Shown: piece after piece, positions 28,614 to 45,107 of the stretch
Layout: the number at the start of each line of letters is the position of its first letter
How positions within the stretch are numbered: the stretch's first letter is position 1
Source of the DNA: the human T2T-CHM13v2.0 reference genome, Homo sapiens
Direction: 5' to 3' (one strand)
DNA length: 64,000 nucleotides
NCBI RefSeq assembly: GCF_009914755.1
Contig: NC_060939.1
Position numbers and translations under genes: made by a program
The notes under the pieces: model-generated
Databases searched by the model: none
What the model was told of the DNA's origin: nothing
Seen by the model: only the letters and a program-made list of their open reading frames with translations

Positions 28614-31281
28614 CACAAGAACAACAATCTTCTAACATTTCAAGTTGAAACAGTATTTTTTCACCCCAGCTCTACTAAATGAACATTTAACTATGTGAAT
28701 CACAGTGCCTATACTTTCTCCAGCCGACTTTGCCCACTAATATTTTTACCCATAGGTATAGAATTACAGGAAGTTGGTAGGAACAAAACCCCATGTAATT
28801 AAGCATCAAATCAAAGATTGAATTTCCAAATAGTAGCCATACTAGGAATCTAGTCAAGTTAGTTAATATAGGGACTGTTAATTTTTTTTTTTAATGTGTG
28901 AATTCAAACAGTTAGGTAAATTTGGAAATACCAAAACTTTACAATGAATTAAAACTTTAGCACTACATCAAATAGATACATATTTTAGCTTCCAAAGTGC
29001 TAGTTACATAAAAAGTGAAAGCTTAAGGACAGAACTACAAAATTAACCTAGTAATACCATTGCAAAACTGAAGCATAGGTTCAAGAAAAAAAGTTTAAGA
29101 GAAGCTGTCACTAAGCATTTTCTCCTGTAATTTTAAGGCCTTTTCCAGCCAAGTAGAACAGTCTTTAAATGATGCCATTTATATTTTGACTATTAAAACT
29201 GCCAAGAAATAGCCTAAGCAAACATTCCAATAAAAATATATGCAGATTAGAAAAAAAAAAACTATACCCCAAGATAGTTTGAACACACAGGATATTTTAT
29301 TCCACTGTCTCTGCAATTCATTCACTTAAGAGAGTGTTGTGGTAAGTAAAGAAGTCTAAAAAGGATTTAGCACATCAAATAAACATATCTCAATGCCAAT
29401 TCTGTTCTGAAAAACTCTAAGAGCTCTTTGCTGGCCCCTGCTGGTACTTTGAAACAATCCATTTAGCTGTTTGATATCTATAAAGAAATACAAACCAAGC
29501 TGCACATTTCTTTATATAAACAAAGTACATACTTGTTTACATTTTTGAGAGCTAGCCCTACCCTAGAGGTGGAATTACTCACCAGTGCTGATAAAGCTCC
29601 CACAGTAGAGAACAGTGGACTGTTTGTCCTTTTAGAGGTTGTGATTTTGTATATATATTTTTTCTGCTTTGTATTTATTTAACCTTTATTTTCAGTTTAC
29701 TAGGCAATCAAAATTTAATATTTTAATTTCTCTCTCAAATGCCATAGACCAAGGTTGGTATTCTATTTGAAAGAAACAAATTTATTTTTAAATAATACTC
29801 TAGGGTATATTTAAACCCCTCACCTAAATTTTACAGCTGGAACTCCAGTAATAAATATATACTGGCTCATTCATAGGAAAGTAAAAGGTAAAATAGTTCC
29901 GTTGTTTATACCACATGCTACTACACCCAAGTTGTATTTTGCTAAGTAAGTTTTTTTTCCTAAGTAAAAGCAAATATGTAAAACATATACTCATACTTTG
30001 TTAAAAAAAAAAACTGCTTAAGATAGATCTGTTTTTGATCAGAATTTTCTAAACAGATTTTTAATCAATTAAGACACAAAACAGAATTATGGGAATTCAT
30101 TGCATTTCATTTGACTAGAATGAAACAGCCCTGTTTTTGAATGCGTACAATAGTTGAAAACTTAGTAATACAATTATTATGTTATTTTTGCTTTTGTATA
30201 AACCACCTCCTTTATGATTTTACAGACTTCAGTCAATATTCTCTTAACATCTTTTTCTTTTAAATAAGGAGGAGTCCTGTTTTACTCTGCCTTCAAATGA
30301 CTTCAGCGTTCTTTCTGGGATTAAGTGTGGGGTCTAATAACTCAAAGAATGAATCCCTTCTAATAGGCTAATCAATGAGATCTAATTGTTCATGTCTGTG
30401 GCCTAAAACTTCCAGGAAATAAGAAAAGCTCCTCTCATTATTAACATATAAAATAATGAACTCCAAGTATTTGGTCAGATAAATGTCTTCTCTTTGGTAA
30501 GCTTCACTATAAGCATCAGTTCCATGTCCCCTAACTAGATTTTAACTTTCCAGAGAGCATGGGCCATAACTACACATTTCTTCTGATGCTCCTGAGCTCA
30601 TCCTGGGCTCAAAGTAAGTACCAGAAGACACCAGATAGAAGTCTGGATGGAGAGATGGATGGTGTCATCACAGTCACTCTGAATGCCTAATGCTTTCTTT
30701 CAGGATTTTTCTTGTTGTTGTTGAAGTTGATCCAGCCGCCACTTTTAAAGAAATATCAAAAAGCACTGCAGGTGGACAAGAAAGAATGACGTTTGAAAAA
30801 TTTACAGAGAGGGTTTCAGCCAAGGAAATGTAAGGTAAGAGAATCACATGCACTTCCTAGCACTCTAGTCTGAGTTTAAATTCTAGGGAGGCTGAACAAT
30901 TTGCATTGCTGGCTGAGGTCTGAAATTGCATAGGATCTATACTGCTATTATAGCAGTTACATGGGAAATCGGGGAACTTGCTATAAAATGTAGTCTCTCA
31001 GTCCAGCAAATACCAAAACAGGAGTGTTAATCCTAACCTTAAGTGTAGAAGAACTGGAGGGACATGGCAGCCCTCATCTGGAAAGAATCCATGCAAGTCC
31101 TACATAGAATTTCATATTCCGGAATGAAACAGATAACGTCTTAGGATTGAAGCTAAGAACCTCACATTCAGAGCTGTTGGTTACTGATCATCTACATGGA
31201 AAATAATGTGATTATCTACATGGTATGGATAGGCTCTGGGTAATCTTAATCATTGACTGAACTTTGAAGGCCAAAGTCAGC

Positions 31282-31725
31282 TGCGGTGGTTAATTGTATG
31301 TATCAACTTCGATAGGTTATGGTACCCACTTGTTTGGTCAAACATCAGTATAGACATTGCTATGAAGACATTTAGACATGATTAGCATTTAAATCAGTAG
31401 ACTCTGAGTAGAGCACATTACCCTCCACAATGTGTGTGGGTCTCATCCAATCAGCTGAGGGCTTTGAAAGCAAACACAGGTTGTGTAAGAAGCAGCAATT
31501 CTGCCTCAAGACTACAATGTAGAATCCCTGCCTAAGTTCTCAGCTTCCTGGCCTGCCCTGCAGATTTCAGATTGAAGTCTTCACTATATATATATTGTGT
31601 GGAAATATATATATATTCATATATTATACATAATTTCATATATAAAATATATGAAAAATAAATAATACATAAAATATATACACAATCTATTGTTTCTGTT
31701 TCTCTGGAGAACCTTCACTAATACA
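31282..31725 (+). mobile_element. MLT2 (ERVL) solo LTR with internal AT microsatellite
   Basis: TG..GGTTAATT.TATGT.TCAACTT start; CTCATCCAATCAG; end CTGTTTCTCTGGAGAACC..ACTAATACA. Confidence 0.85.
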
Positions 31726-32707
31726 ACTGCTAAACGTGAGAAGCACAGGGTCTCCACCCAGAATATAGGTGGCTCCTAAAACCGGTGGCTGAATGTGTAC
31801 AGGTGTATGTCTTAGACTGGTGACACAGTGCTAACTTTTGCATTGGTGGGTAGAGTTTTTTTAAGACACATCATTCTGAAATGTTCTGTCATTATTGCCA
31901 CCACTACCACCACCATCACCATAATGAAACGACAATATTTTATAACACTCAAGTCTTAAAATTGGCTGGAAAAAAGTGATATAAGCCTACTCTTTATTGA
32001 AAGCAAATATCACTTACATTACAAACGTTTTCCAGATGACTAAAGTTGTTTCTGCTTAATATTATACTTGTGTTCTTCACCCTCCATTTTCCAAGAGAAT
32101 TTGCTAGGAAAATGGTACATTTTAAATTTAGTTGTGAGTGCCTCAGCAGAATAAAGACGGAATGACATTTATAATGACACAGGTCACTTGTTGCTATACA
32201 ATCAGGTCTGTTACTCCACCAATGGCTATAGGTTCTATAACATCTCAGGTCATCTCTATACCTCCCTTACCTGCTAAGACTAGCAACAAATCAAGAGGAC
32301 TAGAATGACACACACCACCATGTTCTAATTATCTTTGGCTCTTTGTTTTGCTGGTAAACCGAGTTTCTCAAGAAAAGCTGTATTTCCCACTCATAGAAGA
32401 GCATCTAACACAGTAGATATACTAAATGGTATATCTTAGCTAACACAAGATATACCATATCAGAGAGCTACAAACGCGTTAAGTCTACGAATGTTAAATG
32501 ACATTTAATATTTGTATCATGATAAAGAATTTTCCAAGTATTTTCATCGTCATTGTCTCATTTTATCCTCACAATATGCTTATGAGATAGGCAGGGCAAA
32601 TATTGTTGTCCTCATTTTTTAAATGTGAGAAGGTATTTTTAGAAGGATTGAATAATTTGTTTAGGGTTACAAGCTAATACCCCAAAAGAAAGGCAGGATT
32701 ATAATAG

Positions 32708-33061
<354 letters not shown>

Positions 33062-33757
33062 TGATTAATGTGTTATTTGTTTTTTCATATGGTTAAAAGT
33101 TTTAAAAATTTTGTCATATTTATCCATCTATAAATATCCAACTGTTAATATCAAAGGCAATACTTTTTTCTTCCAACCTATCATGACACACTTTATAGTA
33201 TTATATACACAGTAAATGCTTAAGGAATGTTAATTCACTGATTAGTGTTTGACAAACAGCCATTCTGGCCATTAAGAAAGAGTCACGCAAATACTAAAGT
33301 TACTGGCAAAATGGACCAGACAATTAAGCATGGTGGAAAGCACAAATGTGAGCTGTCCCTCCTTGTGGACAACATGCAAATAACGCAAATAAAATAGTTC
33401 ACCAATAATACACTCAATGATCAGGCAAAATTCACATCGGTATCAGTGGCAACAGGAAAAATAACAGTAATACCATGATCTAGCAATTCAACTCTAAAAC
33501 ATATCTCTTAGAGATAGACTCAGACACGTACATAGGGAGACATAAAAATGTTTATCAATTTGTAAGAGCAAAATACTGGAAATAACACTAATATCTATTA
33601 AGGAGGTTAAATACATAAATTATAGCATTATGATTTTTCAGAATATAGAAAATTATGCATCATTGAAATGTGTAATCACAGATCTCACAAATATAATGTT
33701 AAGCAAAAAAGCATATCAGAGGAATGTCTATAGAGATATACTATTTTTACAAATTAA

Positions 33758-34126
<369 letters not shown>

Positions 34127-34340
34127 TAAAAAGCAAAGAATGATAAAAACAAAATTGAGGACAGTGGCTAGTACTTGTGGAGGAAGAAAAGAAGATGCTA
34201 CTAAGGAGGGATCTAGGGAGGGTTTCAAAGATTTTGGTAATGTTCTAGTTCTTAAGCTGAGTAACGTGTATACATATTTGTCTTATTATTTAAAATATTT
34301 ATATTATGTGGGCTTTTTTGTATGTATATTTCATGAGTTA

Positions 34341-34622
<282 letters not shown>

Positions 34623-34783
34623 GGAAAACAGGTCTATAGATTCAGAGGGGAAAAAAAGGAAAACATTTTATATTCTTTTAAACAAGCAAAAACACAGACA
34701 GAAAACAAATAGCTCTGTAACTAACCATATCTGATAATCAAATCAGCAACATCTGTCACTTAGCCTTAAAAATTAGATGGCCA

Positions 34784-35078
34784 GGCTGGGCATGGCAGCT
34801 CATGCCTGTAATCCCAGCACTTTGGGAGTCAGAGGCAGGCGGATCACGAGATCAGGAGATCAGGACCATCCTGGCCAACATGGTGAAACCCCATCTCTAC
34901 TAAAATTCACAAAAATTAGCCAGGTGTGGTGGTGAGCGCCTGTGGTCCCAGCTACTAGGGAGGCTAAGGCAGGGGAACTGCATGAACCCTGGAGGCGGAG
35001 GTTGCAGTGAGTTGAGACTGAGCCACTGTGCTCCCACCTGGCGACAAAGCGAGACTCCATCTCAAAAAAAAAAAAAAA
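34784..35078 (+). mobile_element. AluS (Sc-like)
   Basis: Full dimer followed by A-tail and (TA)n. Confidence 0.88.
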
Positions 35079-36064
35079 TATATATATATATAGCAAGTCA
35101 GTGATAGTCTTCTTTGGCAGCAATAATGTACTTTTGCTTAGTATGATGTTTATTAAAGATTTCATTGGCAATATCTTTAGTTGCCAGTATAATTACCATT
35201 TCTTGAGGGCAAAAAAAACATGAATGTAGTTTAACACTAAAAACAGACTTTTTTTTTAAAAAAAAAGCTAGTTTCTCTGTTAGCTAAAAAATGAACAAAA
35301 CTGTTTAATTTTTCTGGTGCTTGTAACTGATAAGCTTTGCACACATAACACTGTTTCTATACTTACCTGTTCAAATCTTACAGGTTTAAAATATAGATGT
35401 AAGATGCTAAGATGAGGGTTTGAGATTGGATCCTCAGAGACAAAATTAGGAAAAGGATAGGACTTTAAGAGAGTCTTTAGGAATTCAGAAATCAGAACAA
35501 TCATTTTATAAAAAGAACATCAGGTTTAACTTTGCTTTTTGCTTCTGTAAGAGCTGGCCATCTTTGAGAAGACTTTATTTGCTCATTCCTTATCAGTGTA
35601 AAAAGGACAGATTTCCTCTGTAGAAGAGTGGGGATGAGAGAGTGGATAGGATGTCCATTGGATACAGGTAACCCTAAGAAAGGCCACTGTAGTGAGGAGG
35701 CGCAACTGAAGGATACCCTGGGAAGATTCCCAGAGCCATGGAGTAGGAACCAGGGGTCATGGGCGAGTGAGAGGGAAGGCAGGACAAAGAGGTTGGTTTT
35801 CTGTCCTCTCCTGTCACAAGAGGTCTTGAGTAAGACCTTATAATATGTTGGCAATCAGAAGAGGTGCTTGGGAGGAGAATGGAAAGGGAGCGAGTAGGAC
35901 CAGGAGGAAGAAAACAAATTCTATCTCCCTCACCATTTTGCCCAGAGTCTCCATAACCACCCCCAAGCCATCACTCAAATCCCAGACTGCTTACCCACTT
36001 CCCCCGGCTGCTCTACTGAAATGTACCCTTACTTCATATTTCATATAAGCACAATATAACTTAC

Positions 36065-36118
36065 CAATCGGTTTTCGTCAAACACTTCAAAAAGAAGCCG
36101 GTGCTGCTGAGGATGAAC
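36065..36118 (-). CDS. NEDD4: NEDD4 coding exon (VHPQQHRLLFEVFDENRL), 54 nt
   Basis: TTTTCTTAG|GTTCATCCT...CGATTG|GTAAGT; continues the C2 domain in frame; phase 0-0. Confidence 0.95.
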
Positions 36119-36143
36119 CTAAGAAAAACACAATCTTTATTTA

Positions 36144-36558
<415 letters not shown>

Positions 36559-37350
36559 TTAAAATTACATGAAATAAGAGCAGACTAGTCATGTGTCACT
36601 CATTTTCTAGTAGTTTCACAACAACAACAAAGTGAATCTGGTTGTTTATTTTTCAGATTTTTCTAACAGAACGAAAGGAAGTAAAAGAAAATTTCAAAAG
36701 ATTACTTAAATGTTTGCAAACGCTTATAAATACAGATTAGATTTTGACACCTTATGATCAGTTTTATTTACTTGCTTTTTATTAATCAGTTTAGAGCCAC
36801 CCAAAGTGGACATTTTTCAGAAACTAGTGTTGTGAATCCTTTTATTATTGACTTAATAAAATTACATGTTGCTTTTACTATATAAAGTACATAGCAGTCA
36901 AAAGTATACACTGCGTTTTCACTTAAGGTTTAAGCTTTGTAGCACATGAATAAAAATTACAAGCAATATTTTGTTTTTCAAAGCCAATGCTTTCATTCTT
37001 GTGGGAATGTTTCGATATCAAAATAAAAATCGCCTACTATATATATTATATTGAACACTGTGATATCTTAAAACATTGGTGTACATGTCAAAACTATTGA
37101 TAGAAAAAAGTCCTATGCTTGTGACAAAGATATCTAGATACCTAACTCAGTGTCTACTTTTCCCTCTGAGAACATAATCCTAGTTTTACCTACAGCCACG
37201 TTCCCAGGCTCATCACACTGCACACCTCTTGAGGAAACCACTAATTTTTGAAAACTGAAGTACAACACATATTCAATGAAGTATAAAGTATACTAATGTT
37301 GGGATGAGGAAGAAAAAAGTATACTAATCTTAACTATATAGCTTGATAAC

Positions 37351-37542
37351 TTTTTACATATACATACTGTATCATACAGTATGTATATGTAAAAATACAT
37401 ATACATATGTATCATATACATATACAGTATGTAAAATACATATACGTATGTATCATATACATATACAGTATGTAAAATACATATACGTATGTAAAAATAC
37501 ATATACATACTGTACATGTATATGATACATACGTATATGTAT
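37351..37542. repeat. AT-rich compound palindrome/tandem repeat
   Basis: 22-bp perfect inverted repeat (37351-37372/37374-37395), 41-bp tandem pair (37392-37473), 27-bp inverted repeat (37436-37462/37516-37542). Confidence 0.9.
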
Positions 37543-37906
37543 CAAACCCAGATAAAGATATTGAATACTCTGTTCTATTCTATATATTGTTTTTTTGTGA
37601 ATGGTGTCCTATGGAATTGTTTAACATGGAGACCCTGAATATGTCTATCTAGAAATGTATCCCTTGTACCTACGGGCAACCAATGAAGCCAACCTAGTGC
37701 CAGTCACTCCTCAGGAGAGCTTTTCAGAGGTGGCTGACTCAGCTGGGAGAGATGTCCCTTTTGCCCCTTGCATTTATCTTTCCTGTCTGAAATGTTGTTA
37801 GGATAGCTGGCACTCCTGCAGCCGTATTGTGACCATGGAGTAACTGAGGATAGACATGCCAAACATAAGGCTAGACAACATGGGGAGGGAAAAATAGTGT
37901 TAAGAC

Positions 37907-38533
<627 letters not shown>

Positions 38534-38737
38534 AAAAACAGTGTAAGATGATTTTTTTTCAAAGAAGATGTAGAAGAACTTTTGAGGAGATGTAACTGAG
38601 CTAAGACTTGAAAGTTGGGAAGAATTTAAATGAGAAGGTATAGAGAACATGCACAGCAAGGTCACATGAGAAAAGAAGGCATGGGGGCAGAATGAGCGTG
38701 CTCTAAGGAAATGAGACAGACAAAGACGACAAGATTC

Positions 38738-38975
38738 TTTTTTTTTTGAGATAGAGTCTCACTCTGTCACCCAGGCTGGAATGCAGTGGTGCGATCACAG
38801 CTCAGTGCAACCAGGCTCAAGCAATCCTCCCACCTCAGCCTCCTGAGGGTCTACAGGCATGCACTACCATGCTCGGCTAATTTTTTAAAAATTTTTGCAG
38901 AGACAAGGTCTCACTGTGTTGCCTAGGCTGATCTTGAACTCCTGGGCTCAAGTGTTCCTCCCGTCATGGCCTCAC
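38738..38975 (-). mobile_element. AluJ (partial)
   Basis: Diverged antisense Alu. Confidence 0.8.
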
Positions 38976-39405
38976 AAGAATATTTTTGCATTAGACACTG
39001 GCAAGAAAAGTTTGGTTAGTTAGGGTAGAGCCAGGATGGGGACACTGACATCCAGAAGAAGAGTTAAGACTTGATTGGTAGGGGGATCAAAGCAGTTTTA
39101 AAAGGAGAAATGACATAATTTAGGTCACATCTGAAGATTATTTTGTCAGTGGTGCACAAAATGAATTGGACTGGAGACAGACCCTGGTGTCTACAGGAGC
39201 TGGAGCCCTAGTAACTCAGGCAGGGAGTCAGCAGAGCTTTGCTTAGGATGGCCCCAGTTGGAGTAGGGAGGGAGACAGGGCTATAGAAACCATTTTGAGG
39301 AAAAACCTCCAAAGTATCAATGTCTATCAAAATATCTAGCAGACACTGCAGATGTTTAATGAATATTGCTAAGAAACTAATCTGCTGTCCTGGTTCAGAC
39401 TGTAA

Positions 39406-39743
<338 letters not shown>

Positions 39744-40741
39744 TAATCTATCTTTCGTACTGTAATCGGACTTACCTAGAAGACATTTAAGCCATCTTTA
39801 CACCCTACTTAAAAGTTGTCCCCAATGGTCTAAATAACAAAATCCAAAAGCCTGAGTATGGAATGATCCTTCATGATCTGAGTCCAATTTCCCTTTCTGG
39901 CCTTGTGTCCTACAAATGTCCCCCTGCCCAACCAAATATGCATCTACCCTATACTGTAATCACACTGGAAACTCACTACTAATTGCTTCTTGCATTTTCT
40001 GATTTGTACTTCTGAGCATGTTAAGGTCTATCCACTTGCAACACCTTCTCCACTCTACATGTCTACACTGTGCTCATCATTCAAGCCCAGCTCAAATGCC
40101 AACCTCTCCCTAGAGCCTGACCTCCCCATTCACTACCACTCCTCTATTTTCAAAGTAGTTGATCAGATTTACTACATTTTTTCCTTTTATTAAAGTTAAT
40201 TTGGCATATGTGTGATATCTCCCTACTGAGTTATAAACATCACAAATGACTTATTCATGTTGCTTTTTGTATTTCAGAAGCATATAATAAATGCAAAAAT
40301 ATAGTTTAAAATGTGTAGTGAGAATACTAATTAAAAATTAAAAATACTAATTAAAACATGAACATAAACAGCTATCTTCTCTCTTGGGAGAGTCTATTTA
40401 AATCATAGGTAATAGTTTGTAAAAGATATAAAACCATTACAGCAAAGAAGATGAGAGGGCCATCAGCAGCTGAGTAATTTCAACAGTTACCTAGCAGACA
40501 GATGAAGCAGGGATGGAAGTGATGATGGAGGGCAGAGGAAGCTGAAAACCACCGAAAGAACAGAGTGTCAAAGCAACAGGGGCAACTGCCCTAATGACAG
40601 AATGTCTCAAATACCACCTTAGCCTCCAGATGGTACATGTACACACATGCACGAGCACGCACGCACACACACCCTCTTATTAGAGATTTTCTCTTTATGT
40701 CTGATTTCAGGAGGAGATTTAATGAAAATATAAGCATCAGA

Positions 40742-41019
40742 TTTTTTTCCTTTTTTAAAAAAATTTATTTTAGTTTTGGGAGTACATGTACAAGTTGGTT
40801 CTATAGATAAACTGTGTGGTATGGGTTTTTTTGGTACATATTATTTCATCCCAGGTAATAAGCATAGTACCCAACAGGCAGCTTTTCTATCCTCACCCTC
40901 CTCTCCTCTACCCTCAAGCAGGCCGCGGTGTCTATTGTTCCTGTCTTTGTATCCATGTGTACTCACGTTTAACTTCCACTTATAAGTGAGAACATGTGGT
41001 GGTTGGTTTTCTGTTCCTG
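40742..41019 (-). mobile_element. 5'-truncated older L1P 3' end
   Basis: CCACTTATAAGTGAGAACATG; TSD TAAGCATCAG at 40731-40740 and 41020-41029. Confidence 0.85.
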
Positions 41020-41510
41020 TAAGCATCAGTTTTAATATATAAAATATAAATGGTAACTAAAATTGTAACATATAATTGTTAAATGTTTATGCATTTTGCC
41101 TAGAGAAACAACAGATGATTTTTCTGTTTTATCACTGTTAAGTATGATAGATTACCAGAGATCACGAACGTACAAATTAGAAAAACTGTCCTCAAAGGAA
41201 AAAGAGATAATTTAGGAAACAAAAGAAAAGAGTTTTAAAAACTATAAGGAGTATCCTTAGAAACATTTAGGAATGTCTTGCATCCATAAAACAAAAACAA
41301 GATACTAAAAAAGGGAACTGGAAAACAAAAAAGAAGTGCTGGAATGAAAAACGACTGTTGAATTAAAATAGAAGTGCTTTAAGAAAAATTTGTGGAAATC
41401 TCCCCAAAGGTAAAATAAAAAACTAAGTTGAAGGGAAATGAGTGAAAATAAAAAAGAGGATTTTCTGAACAGAGTCAGTGAAAGAATTAACCCCTAATGC
41501 CCTAAAAAAA

Positions 41511-41728
41511 GAGGCTGGGCAAATTATGGCTTGTGTGCTAAATCCAGCTAGCCATCTACTTTTTAATTTAATGGCTCACAAGATAAGAATATTTTTTATA
41601 TTTTTAAATGGTTACATTTCAGATAGGTATATAAATACCTACACCATAGCCTTGATTTTGCCTCCCAACCTACAACACCGAAAATATTTACTATCTGTCC
41701 CTTTAAGAAAAAGTTCACTGACCCTCGT
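41511..41728. mobile_element. MER58-like hAT element
   Basis: GGCAAATTATGGC...AAATATTTACTATCTG.CCCTTTA.GAAAAAGTT..CTGACCC. Confidence 0.7.
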
Positions 41729-42024
41729 CCTAGACAATCACTGTATGTTATCTATTAATTTCTCTCATGTATCTAGAATGGTACTGGTTAAGACTAGCCT
41801 TGGAAGATGTGAGAAAAAAGTTAGTCAAACCATTTTCTGAGTCTGTGGTTCACATGAGGAATTCTGATTGAGAAGAACAGAAAATCACTCTAGGTGACCT
41901 TCCATTCAACTAGTTGGAATCCCCAAATGATAATACAAACAGAGGGAAGAAAATTATTGAAGAAATTATTCACACAATTTCCAGAGTTGAAGAGAAACAG
42001 TATTCATTAGACTGAAATGCTTAC

Positions 42025-42379
42025 TGATATGGTTTGACTGTGTCCCTACCCAAATTTCACCTGAATTGTAATAATCCAAATGTGTCAACGGCAGGGCTAG
42101 GTGGAGATAATTGAATCATGGGGGTAGTTTCCCCCATACTGTTCTCCTGGTAATGAATAAGTCTCAGGAGATCTGATGGTTTTAAAAATGGGAGTTTCCC
42201 TGCACACACTCTCTTGCCTGCTACCATGTATGATATGCCTTTGCTTCTCCTTTGCCTTCCGCCATGATTGTGAGGCCTCCCCAGCCATGTGGAACTGTGA
42301 GTCCATTAAACCTCTTTCCTTTATAAATTATCCAGTCTTGGGTACGTCTTTACTAGCAGCATCAGAATGGACTAATTCA
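42025..42379 (+). mobile_element. THE1 (THE1C-like) MaLR solo LTR
   Basis: TGATATGGTTTG...CTAATTCA with 5-bp TSD CTTAC. Confidence 0.9.
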
Positions 42380-43613
42380 CTTACCAAAGGCCAAACACAA
42401 TGGATTTTAAAAACTGTACATACAAGGCATATAACTGTGAAATTTTAAAACACGGGCGTAAAGATAATTATTAAATTTTTCAGAGAAAGAGAAGGAAAGA
42501 GGGAGAAAAAAGGAACAAGTATATCTTTCAACAGGAATACAAAATACAATTGTAAAAGATGATAAAGCAATGTCTTCAAATTTATGTTCACCCAAGAATC
42601 CTATGAACAGCCAAACATAAGTTGGCTATTTATTCATCTATCACAGTTGGAAATCAACTTGGAACATGCATGCATGAGCTTTTTAATAATATGGGAAATA
42701 TGATCAGAGTAACAAACAGAAACAGTTAAAAAGTGGGTAGCAGGAATAGGAGGGAGGACAGAACACCAGAATTTGTTGTTTTTCATTATAAGCCCTTTTA
42801 TACTATCTCATTTTAAAACTATGTGCAAATTCTTTCACAAGATTTTTTAAATTTATTGAAGATAGAAGTAAAACTATGCTCACAAAAAATAGAGTTTATA
42901 AGATGATATTTTAAGGAAAGGCAAAAGCAGAAAAAAAATAAAAATATCAGTGACAGACTTATTGAAAAAAAGGATAACTATGTTAGTCTATAAATGCATA
43001 AAACAACAGAGGAAAAAAGTTGCCAAAAAATATCCAGTTTTCCAAAAAGAACAAAGGTGTTGGTAAGTATATGATTCTATTGTGTTCATAAAGAAACTGA
43101 AGCAATATTCTTGAAAATTCTGCCAGTGGTTGTGGGAACAAACAATACAGATACATCTTTAAAATAGCTTTACTAGCTATAATTCACATAGCATACACTC
43201 ATCCCTTTGAAGTATACAATTCAATGGTTTTTAATATATTCAGAGAATGTGCAACCATCACCACAATTTTAGAACATTTTTACCATTACAAAATGAAACC
43301 TTATGTCTTTTAACAGACACTCCCCATTTTCCCTCAACCTTCCCAGGAAACCACTAATCTACTTTCTGTCTCCATAGATTTGCCTATTCTGGACATTTCA
43401 TGTAAGTGGAATCATACAATATATGGTCTTTTGTAATTGGCTTCTGATATGGTTTGACTGTGTCCCCACCCAAATCTCATCTTGAATTGTAGTTCGCATA
43501 ATCCCTTTGTGTAGTGGGAGGGACCTGGTGGGAGGTAATTGAATCATGGGGGCGGTTACCTGCATGCTGTTTTCGTGATAGTGAGTGAGTTGTAATAAGA
43601 TCTGATGGCTTTA

Positions 43614-45107
43614 CCTGCATTGCCAAGACAATCCTAAGCCAAAAGAACAAAGCTGGAGGCATCATGCTACCTGACTTCAAACTATACTACAAGGATACAG
43701 TAACCAAAACAGCATGGTACTGGTACCAAAACAGAGATATAGACCAATGGAACAGAATAGAGCCCTCGGAAATAATACCACACATCTACAACCATGTGAT
43801 CTTTGACAAACCTGACAAAAACAAGAAACGGGGAAAGGATTCCCTATTTAATAAATGATGCTGGGAAAACTGGCTAGCCATAGGTAGAAAGCTGAAACTG
43901 GATCCCTTCCTTACACCTTATACGAAAATTAATTCAAGATGGATTAAAGACTTAAATGTTAGAGCTAAAACCATAAAAACCCTAGAAGAAAAGCTAGGCA
44001 ATACCATTCGGGCCATAGGCATGGGCAAGGACTTCATGACTAAAACACCAAAAGCAATGGCAACAAAAGCCAAAATTGACAAATTGGAGCTAATTAAACT
44101 AAAGAGCTTCTGTACAGCAAAAGAAACTACCATCAGAGTGAACAGGCAACCTACAGAATGGGAGAAAATTTTTACAATCTACCCATCTGACAAAGGGCTA
44201 ATATCCAAAATCTAGAAAGAACTTAAACAAATTTACAAGAAAAAAAAATCAAACAACTCCATCAAAAAGTGGGCAAAGGATATGCACAGACACTTCTCAA
44301 AAGAAGACATATGCAGCCAAAAGACACATGAAAAAATGCTCATCATCACTGGCCATCAGAGAGTTTGCATAAATGCAAATCAAAACGACAATGAGATACC
44401 ATCTCACACCAGTTAGAATGGCGATCATTAAAAAGTCAAGAAACAACAGGTGCTGGAGAGGATATGGAGAAATAGGAACACTTTTACACTGTTGGTGGGA
44501 CTGTAAACTAGTTCAACCATTGTGGAAGACAGTGTGGCGATTCCTCAAGGATCTAGAACTAGAAATACCATTTGACCCAGCCATCCCATTACTGGGTATA
44601 TACCCAAAGGATTATAAATCATGCTGCTATAAAGACACATGCACACGTATGTTTATTGCAGCACTATTCACAATAGCAAAGACTTGGAACCAACCCAAAT
44701 GTCCATCAATGATAGACTGGATTAAGAAAATGTGGCAGATATACACTGTGGAATACTACTCATCCATAAAAAAGGATGAGTTAATGGCCTTGTAGGGACA
44801 TGGATGAAGCTAGAAACCATCATTCTGAGCAAACTATCACAGGGACAGAAAACCAAACACCGCATGTTCTCACTCACAGGTGGGAATTGAATAATGAGAA
44901 CACTTGGACACGGGAAGGGGAACATCACACACTGGGGCCTGTCGTGGGGTGGGGGGAGGGGGAAGGGGGAGGGATAGCATTAGGAGATGTACCTAATGCA
45001 AATGACGAGTTAATGGGTGCAGCACACCAACATGGCACATGTATACATATGTAACAAACCTGCACGTTGTGTACATGTACCCTAGAACTTAAAGTATAAA
45101 AAAAAAA
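43614..45107 (+). mobile_element. 5'-truncated L1PA (PA5-like), about 1.5 kb
   Basis: ORF2 C-terminal peptides and 3' UTR; TSD ATCTGATGGCTTTA at 43600-43613 and 45108-45121. Confidence 0.93.

Noticed and set aside
37351-37542. Repeat array as CRISPR-like or a miRNA hairpin
   Set aside because: Human intronic low-complexity AT repeat with no unique spacers; the 1-nt loop and composition are unlike a pre-miRNA
40633-40672. Alternating purine-pyrimidine tract (Z-DNA candidate)
   Set aside because: Short, interrupted ordinary (CA)n microsatellite
44940-44975. G-quadruplex-forming tract
   Set aside because: Standard G-rich tract of the L1 3' UTR
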